From: Paraspadella gotoi
Taxonomy: Eukaryota > Animalia > Chaetognatha
Direction: 5' to 3'
DNA length: 64,000 nucleotides
Assembly (NCBI GenBank): GCA_051294375.1
Contig: CM119263.1
Coordinates: 21,932,494-21,996,493, forward strand
Shown: in pieces, positions 12,575-50,567 of the stretch
How the letters are laid out: every line of letters begins with the position of its first letter
How positions within the stretch are numbered: the stretch's first letter is position 1
The notes under the pieces: generated by a model
Told to the model about the DNA's origin: nothing
Seen by the model: the letters and a program-made list of their open reading frames with translations, nothing else
Database searches by the model: none
Program-made: the position numbers and the translations under genes

Positions 12575-15500
12575 GGGAGAAAAAAGATAACAAGCAATAA
12601 AGCCAGCTTGCAAGCAATAACGCAAGCATCCAAGCAAAGCCCGCACACATCCCCTCCAATGAGTTCTCTCTTCTATCTCAAGTCTCCAACTCTCGAATTT
12701 TCTTATTTTTTTTTATTCTTTTCACACGAAAACAAAAAACTCGGAAGTTTGAAATTCGCGTCGAGGGAATCGAACGGAAAAAAAACGCGAAAGAAAAGTC
12801 GTCAAGAGAAGTGCACGCTTCTCTACTTTTGCTTCTCTATTACGTCTCGAATCATCATTCTTTTATTGACTAAAAATTGCTATCAATATCATCTGTATCA
12901 TCGCAGTGAACGGAACGAGAGATGCCTCTCTTTTCTTTTTTCTTTTTTCCTGTAGTTTTTTTCGCTCCTCTTTTCTCCTTCTGTTTTATTCGGTTGACCT
13001 CCTCTCTGATTTCTCACTGAGAATAAAATACTTTAAAAACAGATAGATGTGAAAGGAGGTGAACGGAGAGAGAACCCTGTCTCAAAATTCTCTCAAAAAT
13101 CCAAGCGATAAAAGCAACGAATTTCGTGATAACAACATCAAACTTATACAACCATAATGACTTCAGTCCCCCCCCCCAAAAAAAAATAAACGACGACGGG
13201 TCTCGGGTCAAGGGTCACGGGTATCCCAGGCCTCGCTTCCCGCCCGGCGAGTCCCTGGGTCGTTCCGAGCGTGACGCGGGTGTCACGGGGTGACAGAGGC
13301 TGTGATTTTGTACCCAAATGGAATGTTGAGTCGAGCTGAGAATGAGAGCTGAGAATTGGAAAGGCGGAGGTTTTTTGGAATTGGGAGAAACGGAGATGGC
13401 GGATCGAAAAATTACAATACGGCAACGACGCCAAAGACGACGACGAGGATGTTGACGGGAATGAAGACGAAGACGACGACATCAATTATTAAGATCACGA
13501 CGAAAACGCTGCCGAGAAAGACGATGAACGACCGAGACATTCTTCCGTTTTTTCTTTGACTCGGTTGAGACGTCGGGTTCACCAAGTTGCGGAAACTTTA
13601 CTTGATGAGATTTTTGGTCAAAAATATCGAGAGTTGCTTCATCCGTGAAAGGCAAATATTTACAGGGTAGTGTTTCAAAACTTAGAAAATCCGTATCACT
13701 TCATCTTTTTTTTATTTTGTGACGCATCGGTGCATTTAATGAAAAAATTTGAATTGAAGATACTTAACCGGACCTTGTTCTTACTATTAATGCAATGCGA
13801 CAAGCACTGTTGCAAAAACCACTCCTGCCACAGGCACCCCAAAGAATCACAGCTGATCTTCATAAACGCTTCTGAAAGATTGAGCCACAACAGTTCGTAG
13901 ACGGTTTAGTCTACGCCATTGATATTTTGGTTGAAAACACCCTGCTTAGCACAGTTTTGGGGAATTAGATCAGGATATTATCAAGCTCGAAAATCATTCA
14001 GTCAAAAATTAAAATATTGCTGCAGCTGAAATCTTTATTTTTTTCAGCAGTGTACAACAATGTCCTTTGTTACAGCCATGAATAATAACCCCAACAGTAT
14101 TTTTCTTTCTTCTGTTGCTGCAGTAGATTGCATTAAGCGATTAACTTGATATTTTGCACAGAGAGTCCCAACTACATCAGTTATTGATTTCATAAACTTA
14201 CAGAGATGGCACTCAACCAGAGAGGCTTATACAGCGTGAACTTAAAAAAAATAGTAGTTATTCCTATTCTTAATAGCCTTCTCATTAATATAACATACTG
14301 CTAACAATAGAGAAAATCATTAACCGGTTACTTGGTCAGGTTTAACCGACCACTAAACGGTTTAGTGGTTGTTTGGTGATCGAGTTTCAAAGTTGTTGCA
14401 GTTGTTGTCGTTGTTTAGATCGCTAAAACTCATCCTTGTATTTCTATCGCTTTTCTTCACTTTATCTCGATTTGCATCTTCTCTCTCACGTGAACATTTT
14501 TCCTCAACCAACTTGTGGATAAGGCGCTAAGAGTGCTATCCGCAACTTCTTTAACCCCCTCTGGCAGCCATCGACCGGGTCCTTTGCTTGGAATCAGGCT
14601 TGAGGGTTTTCCACTCGACCAAGGCGGTTTACGGCCATCCTCACACTTCCCGCAGGGTAGGTACCGGGTTGGGATTGAACCCGGTACCTAGTGGTCATGA
14701 GCTGAAGGTTTTACTCAATGAGCCACCGGTTCACGACAGTAGCTGTCATGCTTATAGGCGGGGTGAACTTATGCAATGCCCGACTACAAACTTTTTCTTC
14801 CTCCTCTTCCACTCGAACTTTTCTAGTACTCTCTTGTTCCTATTTTCCTTTCGCTTTCCCTTTTATTTTCCTTTATTTATTTTCTCTTTTCCTTTTTTTC
14901 CCTTCTCTCCTCCCCGTTTCAGACAAAATTCGGGGACGCCGACCGACCTCGAGGATCAGCCGCCGCAGACGCCGCCTCCGCCGAACACGACGACGCCGCG
15001 CAGTCAGCAGCGCCGGGACTCTACCGGCGCGCCACCGGACGGTGTCGATCAACGACGCCGCTTTTCGGATTTCGACGTCGGCGGCGGCGGCGGCGGTGGC
15101 GGTGGAGGCGGCGGCAACGGCGGCGGCGGAGGCAGCGTCGGCGGCGGCGACGAGGACGACGATGACGATAACAGCGCCTTGCAGGTCAGCGGATGGGGTT
15201 CTTACTTTTTTCTTTTTTTGCTTTGGAAGAAGTTGAAAAAAAAATATGGATAAAATGACAGGAAAAAAAAGAAAATTCAAGGAAGAAAAAATAAGGAATG
15301 AAATCGGATATTATGAGTGAAAAAGCAAAGAAGATGAGAGAAAATAAATATCAAACGATACGAAATAAATTTAAAAAGCAAAGTAAATTGCAAACCCGAT
15401 AGAAGGGAGAAGAAGTTCAAAGTAAATACCGATATTATGAGAAATCGAAAGTCAATATGAAAAAAATTACAACAAAGAAGGAAAACGGAAAAAATTTAGA

Positions 15501-15769
15501 GAAGAAATAGAAGAATGAATATGAAGAGTTGTTAAATGCAATGGAGGGAATGAGCAAATAGGGGAAATTGGAAAATAAACAAAAGAGGGATTGTCAAGGT
15601 TAAATGAAAGAAATGATGATGATAGAATATAACACAACGGATGGGGTAAAGGAAAAGAAAGTAACGGACGACTATATCGAAAGGACAGGACTGCCGAAAG
15701 GGAAGGGCGAGAAAGAATTATGCAAAAGAAGAAACCCAGATTTTTTTTCGGCTCGTTTGGCCCACGCAA

Positions 15770-15844
<75 letters not shown>

Positions 15845-18800
15845 GGAACAGAAACCCACTTTCTCCCTCTTTTTCGTTGTTGAGGATAATTATGTGGGCA
15901 ACTTTTTTTTTCTGTGGGAAAAGGAAAATTCCTATCGGGGTTTATGTCTGAAGAGGAAAGTGAAAAGAGGAAGAGGAAATATTTGGTGATTGGGGAATTA
16001 AGATTTGATCGTTGAATTGTCGAGAAACTAAGAGGTTTGTGAGATTATATTGTGAAGATCTCACGGAGTTTTTTGGATTGGAATTGTATTATGATTTATA
16101 TATTTATAAATTCACAGTTAAGGACAGAAAATGTTTCAATACCAGAATAATTTTCATTTCACTATGGAAAGAGTAAAAGATATTGATTTCATTTAATGAT
16201 TCATTCATTTTTAATTTTCAATCGTCTAAAATCAAAATTTAATATCGTTTTATTGATTCGCCCAAACCAGATAAATATATTTTGGTGGACTAAAATCCAC
16301 TACCTTCATCAGCGGCCAATGGTGCTGGAGGCAAGGTCCGGGGTTCTAGCACCGTGGTCGCCTAGTAGTTAAGAGGGACGGGGCGGTTAACCCGCCTGTA
16401 ACACGGTGTTACATCCTGATCCGAAGCTCAGGGACTGCTTATATTGAACGTTTCTGTCATTAACTCGTAACAATTATTACTGTCTCTTCAATATTTTTTT
16501 CCTACCTTTTTTTGCCGACATCATCCTCTGTTTTGTTCCTTTTTTCACGCGATTCTCCAGTTACTTTGTTTACTGCTTATCTGTACTTCCGCTAATTAGG
16601 AGTTTTTCTCATCGTTGCTATAGTGGTCTTCATAGTCGTCGTCGGCTTCTTCTGACTTTTCCCACGAAATCCTCTTTTCTTGTAAAACTTTTAAAGTTTT
16701 CTCTTTTTAATCTATTTTTCTTTTCTTAACTTAAAAAAAAAAGATTAATGACAGAAAATTAGACAATGAGTTTTATTTTTTTTTTCTCAAATTATATCTA
16801 TTGAAAAAATCTTAAAAGTATAGTGATCTCGCCAGACGTTACTATCAAATAAAAATAATGAAAAAATCTTGAGAAAAAAACTAATGATTGATGCGATGAT
16901 AATCATTCATTGACGCGATGAGTCATTCATTGTCAGTAAAACAAACAAATGCGTGTAGAAGTGAGGGAGAGAAAAAGAGAAAGAAAGAGATAAAAAAAAA
17001 GGTTGATGTGTTATGAATTGTGAAGTTGAGAATGAAGGAGAGGAGGAGGAAGAAGAGGAGGAGGAAATAAAAAAATAAAAAAGAATGGCAAAAAATTAAT
17101 GTGATGATAACCAAATGATTGATGTGATAATGACCAAATGATTGATGCGATGATAGTTATTCATTGATATGATGATAATCATTCATTGATGCAATTATAG
17201 TCATTCATTGATGCGATGATAATCATTCATTGAAGCGATGAATCATTCATTGTAAATAAAATAAACAAATGCGTGTATGAGTGAGAGAGAAAGAGAAAGA
17301 GAGAAAAAGAAAGAGAGAAAGAAAGAAAAAGAAAAAAAAGGCTAACTGCTGCAGAGCTAAACTCGTTTTTTTGATGAATCAGAAGAGGCAGCGCCTGACA
17401 ATTTTTTTTTAATGCATAAACAGTCAGGGTTTTATTTTTCCTATAACATTTTTTATCATCAAATTATCATTAACAATTTAAAAAAAGTTACACTTGTTTA
17501 TTATTAAAAATTATTATAATTTTTTTTTAATTGGAAGTTGTAAAAGTGTGTATTTTTATTTATATTAAAATTTAGATATAGCTTCTCATCAAAAAGTTTT
17601 TTTAAAATCATATATTTCATATTAATTCAAGTATTTTTTGTATGAATTTTTTTTTCAATATGATTTACTGCAATATGCAAATTAAAATATAGTATTTAAT
17701 ATATTAATATATTAATTTTCATATTCATAGAAAATAATTGGCTTATTGTAATAAATCATAATAAGAAAAAATATTTGTTTCCATATGAAATATGGTAATT
17801 ACAAAGATCTTAAAGATGAAAAGCCATATCTAAATATTTAACTTACTATGATCGTACACTTTTATAAAAATCCATCGTAACTGTAGTAGTTTTTATTTAA
17901 AAAAAAAAATATAAGCCCCTGTCAAAACTAAATAAGAAAAAAGTGTAACACAGAAGACAATAATGACAACGATGATGACGACGACGTCACAAAGAAGCTC
18001 AAGCGATCCTAAATCTAGCTAAGACGGGCCTCGTCTAGCGAGATAACAAGATAGGATTAAGCCCGTCTGGCGAGATAACAAGACTGGCTGACACTTTTAA
18101 TTAATCCTATCTAATTTGACCTTGACAGCCCTAATTCACGTTTTGTTTCGATATTTTTAAAGATATTTTTATAGTTATTATGTTAACAATTTGGTGATGG
18201 TTTATTTAATATTAATAATTTTACATTTCTATCTTCCAGTCTTCGTCGCGAGTCGTCTCCGAGAAACGCGCTCTCGCCCACGAACTGTCAAATTGCGTCA
18301 CTTGTTGCCAAGCGACCAAATTTCGCAATTTCTTTGACGCCAAGAACAACTTCAAAGTCACCAATATGTGCTCCTTCAGCGAGTCCACCGCCGGAAAGCT
18401 CTCCGCCAGGTTTTCATAATTTTGATATTTTGTTTTGATAAAGTTAATTTGGTACTAACAATTGTTAATAGTTCCCACATATTGAACTACATTTATCATC
18501 AATCATTTATTGGGATCGCTAATTCTATGGACTAAAACTTAGTGGCGAATCCTAAATTCGCCTCCCGTATAATTTGGTGAAACTCGGAGCGTCCCATTGG
18601 CTTGGACAGCTATGTGCCCGTTCACCAACCGTGAGTTCAAGGTTCAATCCCCTTACGGTCACACTGGTTAAAGTGTGCTGGTTTGATTGTGAGCCCCATC
18701 CCTTAGGAGATGCCTCACTCCCCGGGCATCACACATGTCCCCCCGTTGCCATAAGTTCTTAATAAAATTATTTGTCGATTTGTAAAATCTCTTCAAAAAG

Positions 18801-20588
18801 TTTGGTCTTCATTTCTGTTTGAAAATTTTATGTTTACCTGTTACGTAAATACCTAAAAATATGTGATTTTTTAACATTTTATTTTTTAAAATTCACAGAA
18901 AAGGCAGTGAATTCTCTGCTCACAACAAACGATTTCTCTCAAGAATTTATCCTTCCGGACACCGAGTATTGAGTGGGAATTACAATCCCGTCAAAATGTG
19001 GGCAGTGGGCAGTCAATTGGTGGCGCTCAACTACCAGGTGATTGATAAAACAACTTTCTCTACCCCACATTCATGTAGGATTGAAATTTTTCCCAAGATT
19101 GACGCACTCGTCTGACGTCCTTCACGTATGTCCGCAGTAAACAGTTGAAGACTTTAAAGAAATACCGTGGAGTGATATCTGACTTCAAAGTCATTGAAAT
19201 CTCTAATTCCTCCCCCCCCCACCTCACCCAGAGCGGAGGATCCGAATCCGGCGATACGAGTCTCCAAATGAACGACGGACTTTTCCGGCAAAACGGCGGA
19301 TCCGGTTTCATCCTCAAACCGAAAATCCTCAGAGATCCCGACATCGAGTTCGACCCTAAGGGTCCTTACCCGGAGGAGTGGAAGCGGCGCCTAACTCTCA
19401 CCATCATAAGGTAAGTTAGTCAACATAAGTGGAAAAATTTGGTTTTCATTGCTGATACAATATAAATACAAAAATTATCCCAGTTGGTATTATGATCATT
19501 TAGCCGGCGGCTGGGAAGTTAGAAAAAGTTCCCAATCGAAATGGCTTTGTTCATATCAATAGGTTTCAATTAGACACTTAAAATGTCCATAGTAATCTCA
19601 TTTTAATATTTCCCTCTTTTTCCTCCACTTTTCCCTCACCACATTTTTCTCCCTTCCCCACCCCACCATTTCCCACTCAGCGCCTGCCAACTCCCCAAGC
19701 CCCAAGAGGACGAGAAACGAGGGGGCAAGGGAGAGATCATCGATCCTTTCGTCAAGGTCAAGATCTACGGCGTCTCGGTGGACAAGAAGACGCAGTCCAC
19801 CGAATACGTCCTCGACAACGGATTCAATCCACAGGTCTGTTGTGGGGGGTGTGGTGGAGCTTGTTGTGAACCCTCTTCTTTCCTAGTTCTCAAAATAAAC
19901 TTTTGAGACTTTAAAAGTTTTTTTTTTTATAGCTATTACTGATTTACGGTAGTCGAATTTTTATACCGGAAAAATAAAATTATTTAAAAATTGTAAAATT
20001 TCTTTTATTTTTTACGGTTCATCAAATCTTGTCTAAAATATGGAGTTGACAGATCGCGAATCGGTGCTTCAGAACGGAAACTAAAGTCGCGGGGTGAAAT
20101 AAGCAAACTACAACAAGATGTGGCCACTCTGTGTCGACTCTTCTTGGTTTCAGCTGAACCAGCAAGCTGTAGATTTCCTAATATCCAGGACGCGAACGGC
20201 AATAGCAACTAGTTGCCAACGAATGTCGTTAATTTATTTTTTTTTCTCAGTGGAACCACGAGATGGTGTTCGACGTGTCCGTGCCCGACGTCGCTATGGT
20301 GCACTTCATGGTCCTGGATAAAGACTTTCACAGCGAGGATTTCATCGGTCAAATATGCATCCCTTTCAACTGTCTTCAACAGGTTTGGTTTACTTACCTT
20401 CAAGCTCTTACTTACCTCTTTGACCGAGCAAGTCAAAACATCGGCGTTCGATCTTTTATTTATTACGTTTTTTCGTTTTTTATTTCTAGGGCTACCGCCA
20501 CGTGACGCTCCTTTCGGCAGCCGGAAGTTCGTTGGCGCCCGCTTGTCTCTTCGTTCATGTGAAGATCGAAACAGTTGGGAAGAAATGA
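389..20588 (+). CDS. Phosphoinositide-specific phospholipase C, delta-type architecture (PH-EF-X-Y-C2), multi-exon, 5' end not identified
   Basis: Exons ~389-557, 2784-3355, (3923-3947 uncertain), ~4165-4299, 4524-4725, 5165-5339, 5749-5944, 7944-8064, 8164-8270, 8338-8470, 8757-8913, 14923-15184, 18240-18409, 18899-19037, 19232-19410, 19681-19834, 20251-20382, 20490-20588 (TGA). Phases agree except around 3355-4165. Motifs: [26 protein letters not shown]; [17 protein letters not shown]; [51 protein letters not shown]; [27 protein letters not shown]; C2 [23 protein letters not shown]. Ends right after C2, like PLC-delta. Confidence 0.95.
960..1620 (+). repeat. (GA)n array containing four degenerate copies of the 3' end of PLC exon 389-557 plus its donor site
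   Basis: gaaaaatcaccagagcactgaacgtctctgagatcaaagaggtgaga recurs at ~1066, 1140, 1240 and 1396. Confidence 0.9.
6401..7588 (+). CDS. DEG/ENaC/ASIC superfamily (amiloride-sensitive channel) subunit, intronless, 395 aa, nested in PLC intron 5945-7943
   Basis: Uninterrupted ORF with N-terminal HG motif ([14 protein letters not shown]), TM1 ([25 protein letters not shown]), post-TM1 PLPAVTF, Cys-rich thumb remnant (YSPEKC..EAC..C..CRPLC), and TM2 with selectivity filter ([29 protein letters not shown]). AATAAA at ~7804. Confidence 0.92.
   Translation: MLKFFLESTTIHGIGKVVTSGRELTNNQERFRRCCWLLVCLVSLVGMSWQIYEVIGEYLSGGVATKITETTGPIPLPAVTFSFSRKYYSVELLRNFLSNCDINYEAVRQICERCKNDDEYERILGELISAGFDAKRLELKPQHFFSDWFPRKRFVETGLNWTFNADGTYWVIPTQKSYQFFIRKFEGSCFTLEDQCKLPTVWTHTPNAPFSDWEWLALTKSHDFIKIRYAFYSSTIFIKNCMKGDTWPKPFENATENYSPEKCIEKVFELEACKNGGNDCKRAIEMCRPLCESSSPVGLMMFRQKQGFVERQAAFQMKISVGYQSLLHRRYEEILVMSFPQMIGTVGGLLGLWMGVSFIGLFEIVELILMTSKFISKKIFHLGTKNRKVQNQIEI
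9775..10020 (+). repeat. Polypurine tandem repeat (GGA/GGAAA-rich units)
   Basis: About three units of ggaggaggaggaaagg.gaaggggaaa.atgaa.ggaaaggaaggaaaa. Confidence 0.8.
11362..11600 (+). mobile_element. SINE-like repeat family B (copy 1)
   Basis: gtggcgaatcctaaattcgcctcccgtata..gttcaccaaccgtgagttc..ttcaatcccc..gatgcctca..ggcatc.cacatgtcc shared with 18542-18755. B-box-like GGTTCAATCC. Confidence 0.75.
12476..12572 (+). repeat. (GAAA)n microsatellite; representative of many (GA)n/(CT)n, (GATA)n (49056-49152) and (ATTG)n (47728-47773) tracts
   Basis: Direct inspection. Confidence 0.95.
14520..14735 (-). mobile_element. tRNA-derived SINE-like element (family C)
   Basis: Minus strand has A-box-like GGTGGCTCATTGAGTAA and B-box GGGTTCAATCCC at tRNA spacing, followed by a non-tRNA body. 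Single copy in the window. Confidence 0.5.
16284..16490 (+). mobile_element. tRNA-derived interspersed repeat family A (copy 1)
   Basis: Near-identical body (gttaagagggacggggcg..cctgtaacacggtgttaca..cagggactgcttatattgaacg) at 35821-36043, 36226-36420 and 63677-63895 (-). tRNA-like head with GCGACCA/TGGTCGC stem and GGGTTCTAG B-box-like arm. Confidence 0.8.
16809..18078 (+). mobile_element. Non-autonomous TIR element with internal ATCATTCATTGATGCGATGAT minisatellite
   Basis: TIR GATCTCGCCAGACG / CGTCTGGCGAGATAAC. A shorter inverted copy lies at 37254-37829. Confidence 0.65.
18542..18755 (+). mobile_element. SINE-like repeat family B (copy 2)
   Basis: Homologous to 11362-11600. Confidence 0.75.
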
Positions 20589-21100
20589 GGGAGAGGATGA
20601 AGATGATGATTATGATGATGATGATGATGAAGATGACGAAGAGAAAAGACACGAATTTTTCTTCGTCTTTACTAAATCCGACGAAATTTCTTTCGCTCCG
20701 TAGGATTCGTCGATTCTTAGCTTGGCTTCTTTGCGTGTATTTTTTTTTCTGCCTCAAAAACCACAAAACAAAACAAAAATAGTAAACAAAAAATTTGCAA
20801 GAACGAGAAAGACGAAAACAAAACCAAGAAATGTGCGTTCATTTTTTCAAGGAATCAGAATCTGAATTTCCTAACACTACTTTTCTCTGGTCTCAACGCC
20901 CCCCCTCCCTCTCTCTCTTTTTGGATATAATCCGTGACATTGAAAACTCGCGACGTTCCCTCATGTTATCCTCTACTTCTTTTTTTAAAAAACAAAAAGC
21001 GTGATTAATGATGGGGAAGTTATTTATGGAAATAAGTAAAGACGAACATGACTCACCAGTGACCCTCACAGCGTTTTGTGTCTGTGTGTGTGTGAAAGAG

Positions 21101-21137
<37 letters not shown>

Positions 21138-23137
21138 GAGCTAGAACTCAAAAATGGGATTTTCCTAGTCATAACTCCATAGTTTTTACTTGATTTTACT
21201 TTCTTCCCAACATTTTCCTATCCCTAATCAGTGCAACATTGTGGCCCCTTTTCAAAATACCCAATTCGGACGTCGTTTCATTAAAATGTTATAAAATTAC
21301 GGACGACGCATATGATTAAATTGTTATGCTATTTAATTTAACTCAATGTTTAATAATTCAAAAAATTTTAAAATAAATTAGGTTAAATTCAGTTGAATTA
21401 GATTATTTGTAGTGGTTTTTTAAACTGAATTGGACAGTTTTAAGAAATACAAGCTTTAAAGATTGAATTTATTTCTCTTTGAGATCAAACGTTATTGGAA
21501 GCAAAAAATGATACTATATTTAATAACTCCAGAAAAAAAAAATTATTGTACAGAATCCAAAGGTGTCCCAACAAAATTGCATATTTTCTATTTCTTCCCT
21601 AATAGTCCCGCTGCTGTAAGAAAAAAAGCTTCTGTCTTCTTCCTTAATTTATAAGACTTTTGGTAAATTCCAAACCCATTGGTCCAAAGACCCTTTGGTC
21701 TTTTATGGCCTTCGCCCTATATAGCCTTTTTGGCTATTTCGCTTTTTTATTATGACCTGTTCTCGCCGATTATGTTTGGGAACAGATTACAGTGGCCCCA
21801 ACTGCTTTGAAAAAAAAACAAAACAAACAAGTTATTAAAACATTATAATCGGACGATTTTTTTATATCGCCATATGCATGTTTCATCAATCTTAACAAGA
21901 GCTAAATTGTTTTGAATGTTTGAAAGAGAAAGAATTTTGTAATGATTTGATTGGAAGTAAAAAATTATAGCCTCTACGTACATACAAATAAGAATAAAGT
22001 TTATTATTATCTTATTCTCTCGAGTATTTCTTACCCTTAAAGGCTGTTACTTTTGCTTGCTGCATTTCGAAAAAAATAAAACGATATGTATTAATTTTTT
22101 TAACCTTGCCCCTTCCCTCCCTCCCCCAAAAATGAAATTTCATTCATGATCAGGAATTACAGTTAAAAGTCAGGATTATTTCGAGTCTTTTATGAAAAAA
22201 AAACCAAACAATTAAGGGCGCCTTAAGGTTGAGGCCATTTGAATTTCAACATATCGCTCCCCTAATCCTTTATCCTTTCTTTTTTTGTACGAAGGTGTTC
22301 CCTCTCCCCACAGATCCCAACGCCCCCCCTCGATAAAAGAAAAAAAATTGTCTCCTTTCTTCCACTATTTTCATTTCCTCTTTTTTCCCCCATTGGCGCG
22401 AATGGCTTTGTTTACTTAATTGACTTTGGCCTAGCGTCAAAGCAGCTGGCGTCTGCTTCCGTTATCACTACTTCTTTTCTTTTTTTTTAATAATGTGCGC
22501 GACTGTTTATCGAGAAGTAAAAAAAACGTTGACTTAAAATTTGCCCTATAAATCTAAAGTACGATTGATTTCCCTTTTTTTGAAGTTTTTCCAGCTTGCA
22601 AAAAAAAATAAGAACATAATAGATATGCACTAATCCTAATTGAGTGCTATTACTTTACAGGGATATATTCTTTTTTTAAATGAAACTGTTTTATTTTTGT
22701 TTTCTTTTACAAACTTTTTTTTCAAACGTAAAGCTTCCAATTTATAATTATTACTTCGATTATTATCAATATTATTATTACTTTTCATTATGGTCCCCGT
22801 ACTGGTTACATTCCATTTTTGACGTGTGTTCAAAAATACCCAAACCCGTTTAATGTTGCTAATAAGAGCTCTTTTTCGGAAAATAAAAGTTACGGATTCA
22901 CAAGAGAGATCGATGTCTTTTTATTTGCGGCAGAAATCGGAATTACCAGATTAGTGGTATTTTTCGTTAAACAAGCTATTTGATGATTGTCACATAATTT
23001 CATAAGTCAAGCTCAAGAAAGTCAGAATACCTTTTGATTTAATTAAAAAATGGCAGGAATCAAATGAAAGGATTTAAGAAATAGTAAAGCGCGAAAATTG
23101 AAAAATAAAAAACAGAGAATTGGTATTGCAAGAAAAA

Positions 23138-49347
<26,210 letters not shown>

Positions 49348-49761
49348 CTTTTAAGAAATAATGTGGGTTGCTTGGTTATTTGAAGTATATTTTTGTAATA
49401 AAACCAGTTTTTAATTTAGTTTATAAATTGTAATGAAAAGAAAAAGAATTTGAAGACTGGAAATGTAATTTTTTAAAAAATGTAAAATTGTCATTTCAAG
49501 TAGGCGCTTCCTTGTCTTCCTAAGTTGCTCATCATAATTTTTATTCGTACGATCAATTGTTTTAGATCTTTTATCTTAATTTTCCAGATCTATTTAATTT
49601 TACATTTTCGTATTTGTGTTTTGCATGACAATTCATAGCTATTTTGTTGACACGTACGTTCGCAACGCCTTTGCTCAGATTAGCGAGACATCTCTTATAT
49701 CTGGCAAAACAAAAGCAACATATTGTTTTAGCATTTAGTAACATATGTTGACATAAACCGA

Positions 49762-50093
49762 ATCACGTGATCACAATCTATTGGGCACAGAGCCTGCAAT
49801 GTTCAATGCCTTGTTTGTTCGAACGAATACAATATGGCCTACTAATATTGTGCGTGAAATGAAAATGAATCGTCCAGTGTCTTTTGTTTTAAACATTTCG
49901 TGTCCTCGATGGTCAGAATTCAACGTCGATTCGGATGCCCGCCGGCGAAATAGGGTTACGAGCTTGAGATAGTCACGTGACCTGGACATGACTCAAAACT
50001 CGATCTGCATTCGGAGTTTCGGTGTCTCGATCTCTGATTTTCTGTTTTACTCGCCCTTCAATGGTCAACGTCGTTTTCGTAAATCAGGTAAGT
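49762..50093 (+). promoter_or_regulatory. Candidate promoter and first exon: E-box/CLEAR-like palindromes followed by a strong donor
   Basis: ATCACGTGAT 49762-49771, GTCACGTGAC 49972-49981, ATG at 50061, CAG|GTAAGT donor at 50088. Confidence 0.45.
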
Positions 50094-50567
50094 TTATTTT
50101 CTAACTATTCTTCAGTTAATAGTCTCGTTTCATATCGCTACCGTTTGTTTCCTCATTGATGTTACATTTCTGGTAGTTATTTTAAAGTAGTTTGGTGCAG
50201 TTGCTCGTTTATTTAAATCGTGAGCGACTGACCGTGCTTAATCTGTCATCATTACTCGCGTAATCCTGTCTCGGGAACGAGCCGATTATTGTCATTGCTA
50301 CTTTTTCTCAAGACGGAAACAGATTTAATTGTGGATTTTATTCTTTACGGTAAATATTGGATTACACAAGTTGGAAAAAAAATTAAAATAAAACTAAAGT
50401 AACCAAAAAAAGTAATGGATTCCGAATGAGGAGTTCCGATCCAATAGATCATAAGAGTCGAATCATGACGTCAAGTCTCTAAACCTGAGATTAATTTAAT
50501 CTGAATAACGGGCGAATCGTTTCCAAAAATGAAACATATTATAGTAACTGACGACTGTTATTTGTAA

